Part shown: positions 13,621 through 28,135 of the stretch, piece by piece
Layout of the letters: the number at the start of each line of letters is the position of its first letter
Numbering within the stretch: position 1 is the first letter of the stretch
DNA from: Octopus vulgaris
Taxonomy: Eukaryota
Reading direction: 5' to 3'
DNA: 64,000 bases
Assembly: GCA_951406725.2 (NCBI GenBank)
Contig: OX597816.1
Coordinates: 104,222,001 to 104,286,000, forward strand
Position numbers and translations under genes: made by a program
Notes under the pieces: generated by a model
The model's database searches: none
Told to the model about the DNA's origin: nothing
What the model saw: only the letters and a program-made list of their open reading frames with translations

Positions 13621-13890
13621 GGATTTCGTAGACAGGAACTGAAACAAATCAATCGTATATGTATATATATGTATATATGTAAGTGTATGTGTGTGTCTTT
13701 GTCTCTGTGTTTCGCCCTCATCACTGCTGTTCATTTATTTACATCCACATAACTTACTGGTTTCACAAGAACAAACTAATAGAATAAGTACCAAGCTTAT
13801 CAACATAAAAAAAGGCACTAGGCTGTGTCTCATATTTTTGTTTGCCCACTCAGTTGTATCTATCAATTTATCTTTGTATGTGTGTGTATA
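13326..13890 (+). repeat. ~295-bp tandem duplication of SINE 3' half plus flank
   Basis: GGATTT(T/C)GTAGA..AACTGAAA at 13326 and 13621; GTGTCTCATATTTTTGTTTGCCCACTCAGTTG at ~13534 and ~13825. Confidence 0.85.
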
Positions 13891-13928
13891 TATCTATATT
13901 TATATCTATCTATCTATCTATCTATCTA

Positions 13929-14067
<139 letters not shown>

Positions 14068-14404
14068 GTATATGTATATATAACACCCTATGTCAGTCGT
14101 AACTCCGAAATTTTAGTCATTTCTTTTATGATCCAAAATTAGGTCAAAGTTACTGAATGGATCTTTATGAAATTTGGAAATTATATTCTATGCATAAGGG
14201 CCATAACCACCATGTAATATGTACACATATATATACACATCTATTTTTGCTGTTGATAAAATTTTAACCATAGATATTAGACACAAATGAAGTAATATTT
14301 ATAAAATTTCATATTCTTACAAGTTAGAAAGACCCCTACATGGGGATTGGACACCCACAATTTTGTCATTTTATCTAAGCAAAAATGAATACAGTTGTGC
14401 TCTC

Positions 14405-14696
14405 GGAAGCTCTAGGGTTACCCGAGCATAAAAGTTGAGCATTATTTCTAATTCAATGGTATAACAGTGTAACAGTTTGCTTTGACATAAACTTACATTG
14501 TGATTTCTGCAATATGGCGCATCAATTGTCAAGTAAATGAGAGGCATTTTTGCCTCCACTGGAAGCTGTAGGGTTACCCGAGCATAAAAGTTGAGCATTA
14601 TTTCTAATTCAGAGGTACTTCAGTGTAAAAGTTTGCTTTGACATACACTTACATTGTGATTTCTGCAATGTGGTGCATAAATTGTCATGTAAATGA
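14405..14696. repeat. 156-bp period tandem duplication
   Basis: GGAAGCT(C/G)TAGGGTTACCCGAGCATAAAAGTTGAGC...GTAAATGA at 14405-14540 and 14561-14696. Confidence 0.9.
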
Positions 14697-17600
14697 TTCA
14701 GTTGCAAAGTGTTGAGTAAATTTATTTGATTGCAGACCTCCTATCAGTCTTTTTATTATCACTCGGTCACACATAGTCCCCAGATGGCAACATTGATTTT
14801 AAGGCCTTCCCAGATGAGTGACTGGTTATTCAAAGACGTTTATAGATTGTAAATTTATTCTGTCCAGTTACGTATCAGTATAGTGGTCATTTGCAAACTC
14901 CAGAGGTAACACTTTCATTTCTCCCTAGCCCTCACGTCACACAGTTGTTAATGTTGATTTCAGTTGGGTCACGCCCTTCCAATTGCTATAGATTCGTATT
15001 GCATCTTACGGCTGTGCCTGTCACTTGGATGGTGAGGAACCCTACATTGGGAGTGGTAACGACTAGGGTAGGGTAACTGACTGCTTATTGTGATCATTTG
15101 TCTTTTGGTTTCTTGTAGCTTTGCTCTCTTTTACAAACCCAGTGAGCATATATTTCCTATTTCAAAGAAATTCAAATAATAGATATAAGACCCAAGCTAA
15201 AAAGATTCTCAAGAATTCAATTTCTCTGGTTGACATTATGATGCCCAACCGCAACAGAGGCCTTACCTCTCACATTTTAGAGCTCCATGGCCTTCATTTT
15301 TCAGGAACAAAATCTTTTTAACAGGTTCAATAAGACTGGAACTTTGGAATATGCGCATAAAAATCAATAGTATGGGATACATGTGGCACGATTACAATTT
15401 TTTAGGGTGTGTAAAGAGGGAAATAACCCTCATCTGCAATTTTGCTGAAATTCGAAACATAGATATTCCAGTTCATTACAGAAAATATAACAGAAAAGTC
15501 TAATTCTTCAATTTAATGTAACCGGGCAACGCCGGGTATCTCTGCAAGTATCCTTTATTTTGTAGTTATTCGAAAACGCCACAACGCTCAACTCTCTTTC
15601 CACAAAATAGTTGCTATGTTTACTGTATCTTGGTTTAACATTGGTGAATTTGATTCTTTTATTCATATTCTTGACTAACATTTAATGAGATAAATTACAA
15701 CTAATTAGAGAACCCGCGCGATAGTCAAGAGTATCGTATTTGTGTGTATAAGGTTATTTCAATCCTTATGATGATTAATAGTCAGAAACAGATTATCGTT
15801 ATGTGTGTTACAATAACCGAAAAACAGATTATTATCTTTCTTCTAATTATTCTCGAATGCAAGATTTAAAAGAGAATTCGCCAAAACATAAATCCCTTTC
15901 CTTAACAGTTCACGTGTTAGTGTTTGATTATCAAAGATTTGGTGAGAATATAGCCCGATTGTGTACAAAACCTACTACCTAATGGCTCAAGAGGGTTAGT
16001 CAAATGCCATTATGCCTTCATTCTTTAAATTTTTACATTAAAATAAGAGTTTTGTTAACCCGCGAAGGTGGCATGCTACATTTAAATTTCAACTTAGTAT
16101 TATAATCTGTCTGTCATCGTGCTATTTATATAATGTACTGCTATTTTTCTACTGAACAGTTACAGCACATTTAAATCCGACATATTGTGATTTCGTTTTG
16201 CTTTCTTAATATCACTTCCTAGTTTGCGATGTCACATTAAAGTACACAAGATTCGGAGCATGGCATTTTTATTCTTACGTTAATTGGCCTTTAAAAGAAT
16301 GTGTTAGCAGTTTGTAGCTGACAGTACAAAATCACAGTGTAAACTTCTCTTCATTAATTCAAATTATTGCATTAAATGATGATGACGACGACGACGATAA
16401 TGACGATGACTACGACGACGACGATGACAATGATGCAATTATGTATTATGCATCTGATAAATTTACTTTCCATCATATAAGATAATATAATTTTGCATAC
16501 AAATTATTAACTTTTTTATTTGAACGATGACCACTTCTACGTCTAACAAAAGTATTTTCCTTGGAAATAGGTTACAAAAAAAGAAAGGTTTACATGAAAA
16601 TCATATTTTCATTTAGTAGTTATAAAATCTTTTTTCATTCATATGTTCATGTACGTTGGAATCAATTCACAGGAATGAATGAGAAATAAATGTTGTTACT
16701 ATTGAAGATATACGTAATTATTTATGTGTTATAGAACAAATATAACATTCATTTTGAATGCTTTGTTAAAAGATTCCGAAACGTCTAAGAATTAAGCTGT
16801 AAAACTAAATTTATTCTTATATAATAATACTCTGTAGAAATCTTGATGGAGACAAGAGAAAGTCATCTTATTGTTATGTAATGGAATACTGTGGCACAAA
16901 CTTTGCTGTTAATCTATTCACTTTAGAAGACTGAATAAAACATTTGACATAAAATATGTCAGCCTTTAGTCAATTATGAATCGTTGTCCTGTTCTTCCTT
17001 TAAAACTTACTTATTCGTTTCTATGCAAATAGCTTTAGTAAGTTTGGATGAAAATCATACTGGATGTAATTTTGAACAATTTGAAACTCAATTCAGAAGT
17101 TATACGACTTCGAACTGCTTATCAGAATTTTATAGGTTTAGCTTGGCCGAATATTCTCATAAATTTGATGCAACGATATCGGTCGATGGATATGATGTTG
17201 GACAGATATTTAAATGTAGAATAATAAAGTCAAAGTCATCTGCAACGAAAAATGCTGCATCTTAGCGTAAGAAATGTAAAATGCTGAGAAGATATACTTA
17301 AGTTAGCCGATTATGTCATTAAAAAGCATGTAGATAATGTTGATAATTTCATGAAATATTCCACGCAGACAGTACTTAAATATGATTCTTGTAGACGAGA
17401 GACAAATTTCCTCAGGGATAGGAATATTTGATACTTTAATGCCTAATGACCGTATACAGTAGATATAAAGATGGGTATATAACATGAGCAAAGAACATCA
17501 TATTTATAAAAGGCATATATTATCCACTGAATCAACTCTCAGAAAGACTTATTTTAACAATCATAAGGAGATGAAAAATAAGGTCGAACGTGATGAGAAT

Positions 17601-19084
17601 TTAAAATAAAAATGAATACAAGCGTATTTACTTCGACTATTTTAAAAAAGAATTACTCGCCAGATTGTACTAATTCTCCTCTATGTCTCCTTATGATGAG
17701 CGAGTAAAGGTTTAATTTCCGAAAAGCGCTTATGAAAATAGTATATGGACTTTTCAATAGCCAAAGTTGCTTGGGCGTTACAAAGTCTAAGCACTAAATA
17801 CAAATAACTTTATTGTAATGTATTCACAATAGCTGCCATAATTTAATGACATAAATATAATTGTGAAATGAGGCTGCTGTATTGGGAAGTCAAGTGAAAA
17901 GTCAATGTTAAAAACCAAGAGTAATTTTATTCAGTTTGGAATCATTCCTTTATCTTCGTAATTTCTTGCACATCAACACTGATTTTTGTGATCGGTGTAA
18001 GACTACATAAATTTTTAAATGGTACGACTGATTATAAAGATCTAAATATTTCACTAGTACTTGTTTTATCGACCTTGTAATGGCCAAAGAATTCAGAACA
18101 GTGTGATTTATGTGAACGTTGTTTTTCCACATGCAGCTCTTATATCCTGTATTTTTAAACTTTGAAATTTAGAGTTGAAAATATATTGGGGTATCATAAC
18201 TAGGTTATTAAATTCCATAGAGATATACTTTAATGTTCATCATTCTAGGATCAATAGTATTATGTGCCAGTAGAATATTGAGGTTGATTAACTCAACTAC
18301 AATCTTCCCTCCAAAAATACTGTCATGTGTCAAAGTTAGAAGATAGTTACATTATCTATATTACAGAAGTGACTAAATATTACGCTCAGCAATTCTTCCA
18401 AGAAACAGAATTGGTTTTGTTTCAATCTTTGTGCTGAATCTATTGAAAATTCTAACAGCTTTGAAATTTTGTTTGCACATGTATATAGCGTCATTAATTA
18501 ATATTATTGTGCTTCAGTTACAACGGTTTTATCCTATTAAATGTACTTCACCTGTTTCTGTTGTACTTTATCTTGTGCAGACATTTTCTTCACTAGCATA
18601 GCAACAAAAAAAGAAAAAAAAAGAAAAGAAAAGAAAATAGAAGAAAAATGCATGATTCAAGTTATCTTCCTCGATGAATTTAAAAACGTTGTCAGGTTGT
18701 TGCTTTAGTTTCTATTTTCGTTTCCTTTTCGATTTATAAATGTACAATTTATGGATTTGATAATGTGGAAATGAACTTTGTAATTAACATATTAATTGGA
18801 TAGTTTTATTTGTGTTACTGATTCTAAATTATTATAATTTTGTTTCGGTTTTTCTGATGTTGTTATTGATGTTTTATTTAATAAGATGTGTTTCTATTAC
18901 CGGTGATATGACTCACATTGCTTTCAAATTATAAAAAAATTCTCTTGGTCGCAAAATGTACCATATTAGATAAACAATGTGAGTGAGGTGAGAAAAATAG
19001 CTCAATCGACAGCTTTGCGTACTAATTACATACACAGTAGAGTATCACATATGTAATATAGTCACTGCACTACAATATCGATAA

Positions 19085-19318
19085 ACCGTCGGATGTGGTT
19101 ATACATTACTTGTCACAATGCGATTCGTTTCATTATTGTAGCCCTCAGACTATGTCACCCCTCGCTAAGCAAGACGCTAGTCCGTTGCGAGATTACTCAA
19201 TTACAATGTGAAATGAAGTGATTGCAGAAGTACACAACGACCCGCCGATCTAGAAATCGACATCACGATCTTGCGATCGAGGGTACAACACTTAACCACT
19301 TAACCATACATCTTCACA
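19085..19318 (-). mobile_element. tRNA-derived SINE family C, degenerate
   Basis: Shares gtgaaatgaagtg..gaaatcgaca..acttaaccacttaacca with the 7400-7637 copy. Confidence 0.55.
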
Positions 19319-21914
19319 TGAAAATTAAAGAAATCTTCGCTCAACTGAGATCCACCAAGCAGTTAGCATAGTTATCTCCGTTGCTTGTTGGTTTAAATCA
19401 CTAAAGGTTTTGTTTTCTCCTTGTTGTTTGGATAATATCTGTTGAGCAAAGTCGTTAAATTCATTATACAGTGTATATAAAATCCTGGCCGTATTAGTGT
19501 ATAGTATAAAGATGGCTTTCCTGCACTATTTTCTATAAGCCATAGAGTTGATATTCACAATCAGCGCCGCTACGCTAAACACTGTATGTTTATATTAACC
19601 ACTTTATGTCTTGTAAACTGAGTAGAATAATCTTCACAGATGAAATTTAATAGGACTGAAACATATCGTATCATGGCTTTAGAATCAGAGTCACTCAAAC
19701 CTGCATTGTCTAATTTTCCCAGATTTCGATTAACTTACCTTAAAGAATTATCCCTCCTGCTAGCTGAGACAGAGTTTTGTTTGCTAACTGCAGTTCAACT
19801 CTCTCATATGGGAGCTCCTATCATTGGACAGTGTTACCCTTAACTCTACGAAAAAACAAAGGGAGATCTTCCATTTGCATTTTAGAAAATATTTGCTAGA
19901 GTTTCTTTTGATAGGAACAATGGTCTGTGTGAATGGCGATCGGATGCCTACTGAGACAGGTAAACTCGCTGAAGTTAATGTACCTCTCTAATAGTTTCAA
20001 GTTGATGGCCACAGAAAAACATGTGAAGTGAAAGAATTCCAGAAGGTAGATATTGCTGGAAAGAAGGACTGGCCTTAGATTGTTGTATTCAGGACTTGGC
20101 TGCAACACAGAAGACACAAAGAGCGATGAGTAATCCAGAAGTAAGTAGATGGAGGTACTCCAATCCAGCCAGCTTCGAATAGTACGACTGCAATAACAGA
20201 AGAAAGGTTTTTCTGCAAACAAATTTGAAATGCTATTGTGATCCTAAGGTATCCAAGGTATAATTCGTGATCCTAAAGATTAACACCACGCCAACAAATG
20301 TACTTATGGATTCATTACCAGTTCGGTAAGTACGATGAAGTCCACTTCAAACATACCTAGATTTGTCCCTCGTGCTTACTGAGAATATTATTTTAGTCAT
20401 AAACAAATATCTGTTTCTTCATCACATATTTATATCAAGATAACTTTTAATGCTATGCAAACTTGACACTTTAATATAAATTAATAAAATAGCTCTTTTT
20501 ACTTAATGCAATGGTATTACTGGTAGTCTCGATTAATTTGTAGGTATAATGCAATACCAAACAAAAAATCAAAAATATAAAACTGAGAGTCGCATACACA
20601 TATACAAAAACGTATACTCACAGACACGCACAAAATCAGATATGTTATGGTCGTCGTAGTAAAAATAAAGAAAGCAAAAGAATGTACGGTGTGTTGTGAG
20701 ACAGGAAATGTTCGTAGAAATTCCTTTGATTCAGACATCTTTATATATATAAATATATTATAATTTATAGTTTACAGAAACAGTTACACTATTCCCCACA
20801 ACAGGTAAAATTTGGAAGTTTTAGGGAACAATCCGCGTCTAAATTATTCTTTGAATTTAAAATGAAAGCGCAAACGGTTTTGATGTAGTTTTATAATCTA
20901 GTAGGGAGTTCTTGAACGTCAGATTTTTCTCATGATTAGATCAGAGGAGAATTTTACGAGTATTGAAAATAGTTGGAGGCGACGGATAATGGTACTGGGA
21001 AATATTCTTTCATATTTCGTTCTCTAAACTATCTATGCCTAATTAAGAGACAGCTATTTACAGAAAGAAGCAATTAATAGACTAGTATTAGATTCATATC
21101 AATGACAATGTCTGCAAGGTTGCTGGCAAAATACAGAACATGACATGGTGTATTTTATATATCAACAAGTAAATAGATTTTGGTATCAAAGTTCAATAGT
21201 AACTTCATGAAATGTGCACAATCTGTTTCAGAAGAAGCTGCAAGGTCGAATATTTATGTTGACTATGGAAACACTACGCTGCAAAATATAAGATTGTATA
21301 AAGATACTTGTAAATCTATTTAAAAAAAAAAGCATAGTAATAGATAATGACAATTTGTGCCTAAATAGCCATATATTTAATTTGATACTCCAGTGGTTTT
21401 ATCAAACTTATCTGAAACTAAATTTGCTGTTAAATAGATTTTATTTATTTAAATTTTGTTCATACCAGAGACAAATTCATGAAGTCCTTCATTAAGAAAT
21501 ATCACGGACAATTTGATTTGTCTAAAAAACACCACTGAAGTGTAAAGCTTTCAGAAAATAAGGATCTAAAGTAACTACTGGTGTTTGTATTAGTACATTT
21601 GTTATATTTTTTATTCTCGATAGTGCGTAACAGGAAGAAGTAAATTCAAACGTTTTGAATTCATGCTCTTCATCTGGAAGTCAGAAAGGGGCGGGAATTA
21701 ACTAGTGCTATCGATTTGTTTGTAGGCAAGTAAAGGATGAAAAAATTGAAATCCGTTCTCCAAAGAAATACGAACTTATCAAAATTTTATACATTTTCAA
21801 TTTCAATCCAATGACTAATCAAAGGTTATGGAGCATGTCATGTAGTAGAAAGCTCCCGGCGATTGTGATGCATGTTTGATATTATGTTGTGTTATTTAAA
21901 TTTATTCACTCTTC

Positions 21915-21954
21915 GTATCTATGATTTCCTGCCAAAGCAGGAAATCATAGATAC
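21915..21954. other. Perfect 18-bp stem / 4-nt loop hairpin
   Basis: GTATCTATGATTTCCTGC-CAAA-GCAGGAAATCATAGATAC. Confidence 0.9.
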
Positions 21955-24900
21955 TGGTCCTACGCTCTGCAACGGGTTGCATAATATTTTTGTTTCCGGT
22001 GGTTCATGAGGCGGTGACTCATAAATTCTTGCTTCCTTTAGCATTCCCTTGTTTATAGTTTTATTCATCATTTACTTTATATATAAATTCAGTTATGTTT
22101 CACTGATTTAGTAGAATTTTATCTGAATGCTCAAATGTTTTTCATGATTTCTTAAAATTGTAAATGGTTGTCTCTGGAGGACATAAGTGTATCATTTCAT
22201 GTGATTTATTTTTAAGGCTGTTTCAGCGAAAATGTTGTCTAAACCTATTGATACTCTGCAATGTAAAGAATTACAGCAGATTGTATTCTTACAGCATAAG
22301 AAATAAAGGACACAGAATGCAGAGATGATGAATACAAAAATAACAGATAGTTTTGTTTAATATAGACAGTTTTTAAACCAAAATGTTTTCACTCATGCAA
22401 TTATTCTTATACCGTCATATATAACACTTTCTTTCTCTCTCAAGAGATGACATATACTGAGCCTTCAAAATTCTTCTTACTAATTTTGTGAAATTCCGAA
22501 TATCAACTCAAAGCGAATATAAAATTGCAGTGTAGACATGCAGATTAACGTAAATACAAAAATCATTGAGGGTATTAGGGCATGTAGAATGATTGTAGTT
22601 AAACTAAGGTATCGTTAACATAACTCTTTAATTGTGAGGGTAAAAAAACAAGACAATTTGTCAGTATTTAACAAGTTTAAATCTAACTAGTACGCGTTTT
22701 CCGTTTACTTTCGAGTTTGTGTGCAAATACTTTGGCAAAGTTATATTTCGCTGATGATACCTTTAAGAAAGGCAAGTAATCTTGTGTACTTGTCGATGAA
22801 AGCTATCAGTTATTGTTATTTCTATTTCTTTTGCTGCATAAGTGTATATACTTTAATTGTTTAATATTCTAGTCATTAGGTGTATCTTTACATGAATAAC
22901 TATTTAAAGAAATAGTGCTTTTAGTGTATCGTAGTAATTTTGGTTAAGGTCAAGATTACTAAAAAGGAAATTACAAGAAAGAGTGAGTGATAAAGAAATA
23001 GGCAAGACCTATTACTGGGATGAAAAGAAATCGTTATTTTTGTGTAATTACCATATGACTTACACAGGAGATAGACTCATTATATTTCGTAAGTTCTTGT
23101 TGCAAGGTGACTAGTTTCACATATACACACATTGAAAACAACGTGATTAAATATAGTGAAATATAGCCAATATGTAGTAAAATATTGACGTTTTTTAAAT
23201 GTTGAAACGATCTACAGACGTGTGGCGACAAATCAATAAATCTTTTATGACACTGCTGTAGCATTAATGTAGCGTAGCGTTATTTGGATTTTTAATCTGT
23301 CAATACTATTAATAAAAGTTGTTGCTTGTAGAGAAGATGAAAGAACATAAAAGAAAAATACATATATATTTTTTTTGTCATATTACCTGTTGAAGGATAT
23401 TTCTTCTGGCACACCTTGCTTGAGTATTTTCGATTTGGTAGGCTAATAGCGAAATTTGAATTGATGCCTGCCCGCTGACACATGTGCTCACCACAAAGAG
23501 TGCATATAAAATATAGGGAATACTTGAATCTGATGAGAAACACAGACAGTTTACAATGTGGAGTGAAATGAGTCACACTATGATCATCAGTAAAATAGTC
23601 TCACATACGCAATATAGTGAGGTCAAAGCCTTACTTTAACTAAGTAATTAGAAGACTAAAACTCCCACTAGATGTGTTTAAAATCTAAATGCATGTTATT
23701 GATATAGCTCTAATTATTCCAATAGATCAAAGGTTTTAAATTTGACCTCTTTAGTTAATCTAGAGTTACCCTTATTTCAACGTAAATTTTTATTAGTGGT
23801 ATGCAGCGTGTTACTTTAAAGGAGATAAAATCGCGGTGTATTCAGTAAAAAAGCCGAAATCGATGTAGTTTATCGAAGGAATAGTAATTGTAAAGTCTAG
23901 GTGAACGAGGTCTCACTAAGATGAATTGCATTTTTCTGAAATATGCATGAGAACTACACTTTCACAAATATGTAAGCAGTATCTCAATGTAGGCGCACCG
24001 CTTACATATCTGAGTTGTCAGTTGTCATGCAGCTGTCATTTTCTCGTCCTGAAAAAGAGGTTCGTAATTCGAACTTTTGGTTGTGAAATGTCATAAAAGT
24101 ACACCAGAGTGTGTGAAATCAAGAAGTTGTAAAGACAGTAAATAAGGCCAAAAAGAAAGCTCTCAGTAGAATTTGGACACTATAGAAATAACAGTGAAAT
24201 CTGATACAGACGACTTGGATGCAAACAATAACAAGTATGAAAGTTTTATTAGTATTTCTCGTCAGTAGATGCGGAGGAAGAGTAATTTTCAAAGAGAGTT
24301 TCGTCACTGTATTAAATGATTTACTCTTTGTGATGTTGATTATCACAAACTTGCTCCGTCGCTATTTGGAAATGTTATCTAGATCCCTAGATCCCTGTTT
24401 ATTAGAATATCTGGCAGAATCGCTTTTTAAAATGTTGAAAAATGTCATCCTTAATTAGCTTCGAGTCGAATCGAACAATTCCAATGAGTACTTGCACCAT
24501 TTGACTACCCAGATTTGTTAGTAGAAGGAAATATTTCTGAAGACTTTTGATATGAAGGGATATATTGTATTATATTAGTTACTTTCAAACAGATGGGACG
24601 GGTAAAATGATATTTGTTTAAATGTTTCCATGAACTTTGAAGTGATTAAACAAAATAAACAGAGCAACCTTTGAAACGGTAATAAGTGTTATGGTATGAA
24701 GAAAAATATAACATGTTTTTGAGCATTTAATGTTCATGTGGATTAATGTCAAGCATATAAGGTTAATATCTTCAGGAAAAGAGAAAAATAATTATCTTAT
24801 TGCTCGATCCCATCTGAACCCAAATAAAGCAGACCTATGATCAGAGTTATTACAGTCGCAACCATTCCATCATTTAAAGACCTTCTAGTACTATATATCA

Positions 24901-25525
24901 TTTAAGTAAATAAAGTGTGATTTGAGAAATATTTGATTTCTGGATTTATCAGGGCAAGTAACTGCGTAGAAGGCTCGCTTTGTCGTGCATAAAGATTTAG
25001 TTTGTTACTACCTGTTTCTTTTCATTTAATACTAGAGACAATTTGTTGTTAATAGGAGAGTAAAAACAGGCTACTGCAACTTTATCAGTATATTGCTGTT
25101 GCTTAAGGTATCGATTTTTGAGATATAAAAGGTAAAAATCAACTCCAGCAGGATTTTCTCTGTGAATGAAGAAGGAAAAAGTTAATTTGCTGAATGACAA
25201 GAACTGTGAGAAAGCCGAACGAAGCCTTTCGTGGTATTTATTCAGGCAGGCAACTTGCTTTTTGAGTTCAAATACCGCCAAGGTCAACATCGTTTTTAAC
25301 CCTTTCACAGTCGATAAATAAATGCTAGTCTACGGTTTTGAACGGGTAGAATTATAACACGACAAAAGGGATATATCTGAGTATTTGTTCCTGTTCTGGC
25401 TCTTTACCAGATTCTGATTTCAGATTCCAGCCTAAAGACTTCAAGCTACTTCATTTCATGCGATCTTTTGGTGATCTAAAATCGATTTCATTTTACCCTC
25501 GGGGTTAAGTTGAACTCGGCTCCAT

Positions 25526-25589
<64 letters not shown>

Positions 25590-26741
25590 AGTTTACAAGT
25601 ACTACACATCATTCACCTACTATAATTGTATATTTTGTGTACTGTTAGCAACAGTGTTGGCAACTACCACAAAGTAGAAACCAGAATGTGCTCCTGTACG
25701 CAGTCGATTGATCTGCTGGAAATGGCGAGAAAAAGCTTTTTTTTCCATTTAAATAAGTGAATCACACGTTATATAGTGTAGTATTTCCGTAAAATGGCTA
25801 GATGAGATGCATTTGATCAACTGAACCTCCAGATATAGAACTAAACAACCACAACAATGGAGAGCACATTTGATGATGTACCTAGAATGCCATGAAACTG
25901 TCTGTGCCTTTACTATCTCGTCCTTCCTTAGATATCATTTTAAATAAGAAATAGTTGGTTTGTCAATGTCATTAAAGAAAGCTACTGCGTATCATACTAC
26001 ATTTCTTTTCCTTCTAATAACAAACAGAATAATGAATGATTTGATTACATGACACTGTGTTTTCAATTCTATAGATTAGCTTCACAGCCCTTTTCAGCAT
26101 GAAATTAAAGCCATTTGTTACTTTTATGTTAATTATAACTTTATCACTCGAGCATTATCATTTCCATCAGTCGTATATAGTATGTTAATAGATTTTTATG
26201 ATGCTGTTTCTGAATATCACTGGCCTGTTTTTTTACTGGTAGTCAAGAAACGTAATGGATTCCAAATGCATTATTCGTAAGTGAAATTTGTGCTGACCAT
26301 TGTATGTAATATACAGATTTACAATATCAACGCGCTTTCATCTATAATTTATGCGGCCATACGTAGAGTATCAGGGAAGCATGTGGCATATACTTCATTG
26401 ATATATCTATATTATGTTCTCACTGAATTAGTATAATACTTCCTATTTATTAACTCCATCTTCGTATATTTGGTATATATGACGTGATATAATGCGCTAT
26501 GTCATATATATATTTATATAAATCTCAAAACAGAATAGTGGAAAAACCTTATATTAATGATATATATATATATGATATGTATATATGCGCATATATAGTA
26601 TATATATATGGTATATATGTCTATACATACCTACAGATACATATACATGCATACATATATGCACATGTAAATATAACAAATATTTATACATATATATAGT
26701 ACATATGTGCATACATACGTACATATACATATGTGAATATA

Positions 26742-26798
<57 letters not shown>

Positions 26799-27124
26799 AT
26801 ATATATATGCGTGTGTATTTGTGTGTACATAGGAAGAGAGTTACAGATCAATATCTGCACACACTCTGAGTAAGTAACATCAATAAAGAGATAAGGTGAT
26901 GCAGATTTCTTTTCGGGAGGATCAGAAAAGGAAACAATATTCTGAAATGTTTTGATTATTTGCAATGCTGGCCTCACGTTATCTAAACGTACAGCCTATA
27001 CAGGAGAAAGTAGTTGCAACAGAAGTTTAACGACACCGAAGTTGCGAACTTTAGCAAAAAGAAAGTTAAAGTTTACATAGAGGTGCAGGGTGGGCGAAGG
27101 CTTTCGTAATATATTCATCTATTT

Positions 27125-28035
27125 GAATCTGACTTGTTTATACCGATGTAAAATTACTTCCAGTACCGATTTTTATTTCTATAGTGGTGCTTCCTCTTTC
27201 CAGTTATCTAAGAGAATTTCCAATCATTATTCTTCATTTAGGGATAGCAGTAAAAGTAATAGCACAGGGCTTAGTAAATTGGTTTGGTATCTTAGGTATC
27301 TTAAAGACAACAATAAGGATTTTAATTTAGATTGGTTCATCCTGTCCATCTCTTTCCCTTATGATATGGGCAAAGGATTTTGTAACATTTGCAACTCTGA
27401 ACTCTTCCATATTCTCTTCTCTAAGAATCACCTTGTTAACAAATTTATAGGGCGATCTTACAAATGTAAGCACTGGGAGAAACATACCTTTAGCTCATAT
27501 AAGTGATTTATACCAGTCTGGATAGTTTGAACATTTAGTTCACCTTGCACTTTACTTCAATAGAGAAATCTACTTCCACAACTTTGAACATTTTTACAAC
27601 CAATATATCCCTCTTTATTTGTTCTCTACTTATTATTTCTTTACCACTTCTCTTCCTATGGTCTGCCTTTGACGTCAGATCTACTAACGGTTATTTTTAA
27701 AATACTTAATAGCGTTCTGTTTATCATTTATACAGTCATCAAAATTGTTAAAATGTCTTGTTGTTGAGATGGGTTCTCTTTCTTTCCTGATGAGAACATT
27801 ACATTATTTTACACCGTTTATTCCTTTGGAATAAAGCCAATGTTGTCTTCAAAACATATGTCGAAATTAAAAGAATTTGAATAACCCCTGCGTTCAACTC
27901 CATCTATTTACTTATACAATACAAATTACTGCAAATTAACACGGAGTTTCTTCCTTTGAATAGGTCGCTATATCCTCGTTACTTGCGTGAATTTTGCTAC
28001 CCTGGTAACTGTTTATTGAATTTTCCGTGTTAACT
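27125..28035 (+). mobile_element. Penelope-like element 3' portion: GIY-YIG endonuclease plus 3' region/pLTR
   Basis: ORF 27090-27506: LYRCKI..FYSG..KRISNH.SSF..STGLSKLVW..W.IL..PY..CNICNSE..N..CKH, matching my recollection of the Neptune-type PLE GIY-YIG C-terminus. A hammerhead motif lies downstream. Confidence 0.8.
27783..27866 (+). ncRNA. Type I hammerhead ribozyme with core mutation (GAAA to AAAA)
   Basis: tttc-CTGATGA-gaacatt...aatgttgtcttc-AAAA-C-ATAT-G-TC-gaaa. Homologous to the intact copy at 37723-37810. Confidence 0.7.
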
Positions 28036-28096
28036 GTAAACAAAAGGAAATCCATTCATCCATTTACACACACATGCACACACACATATATAAATT

Positions 28097-28135
<39 letters not shown>

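Noticed and set aside
19640-20222. Short ORFs in slightly GC-richer unique DNA as host exons
   Set aside because: No recognisable domain or consistent splice-site and frame pattern.
23900-24530. Possible very old Tc1/mariner relic
   Set aside because: Only faint motif resemblance and no TIRs; too decayed to call.
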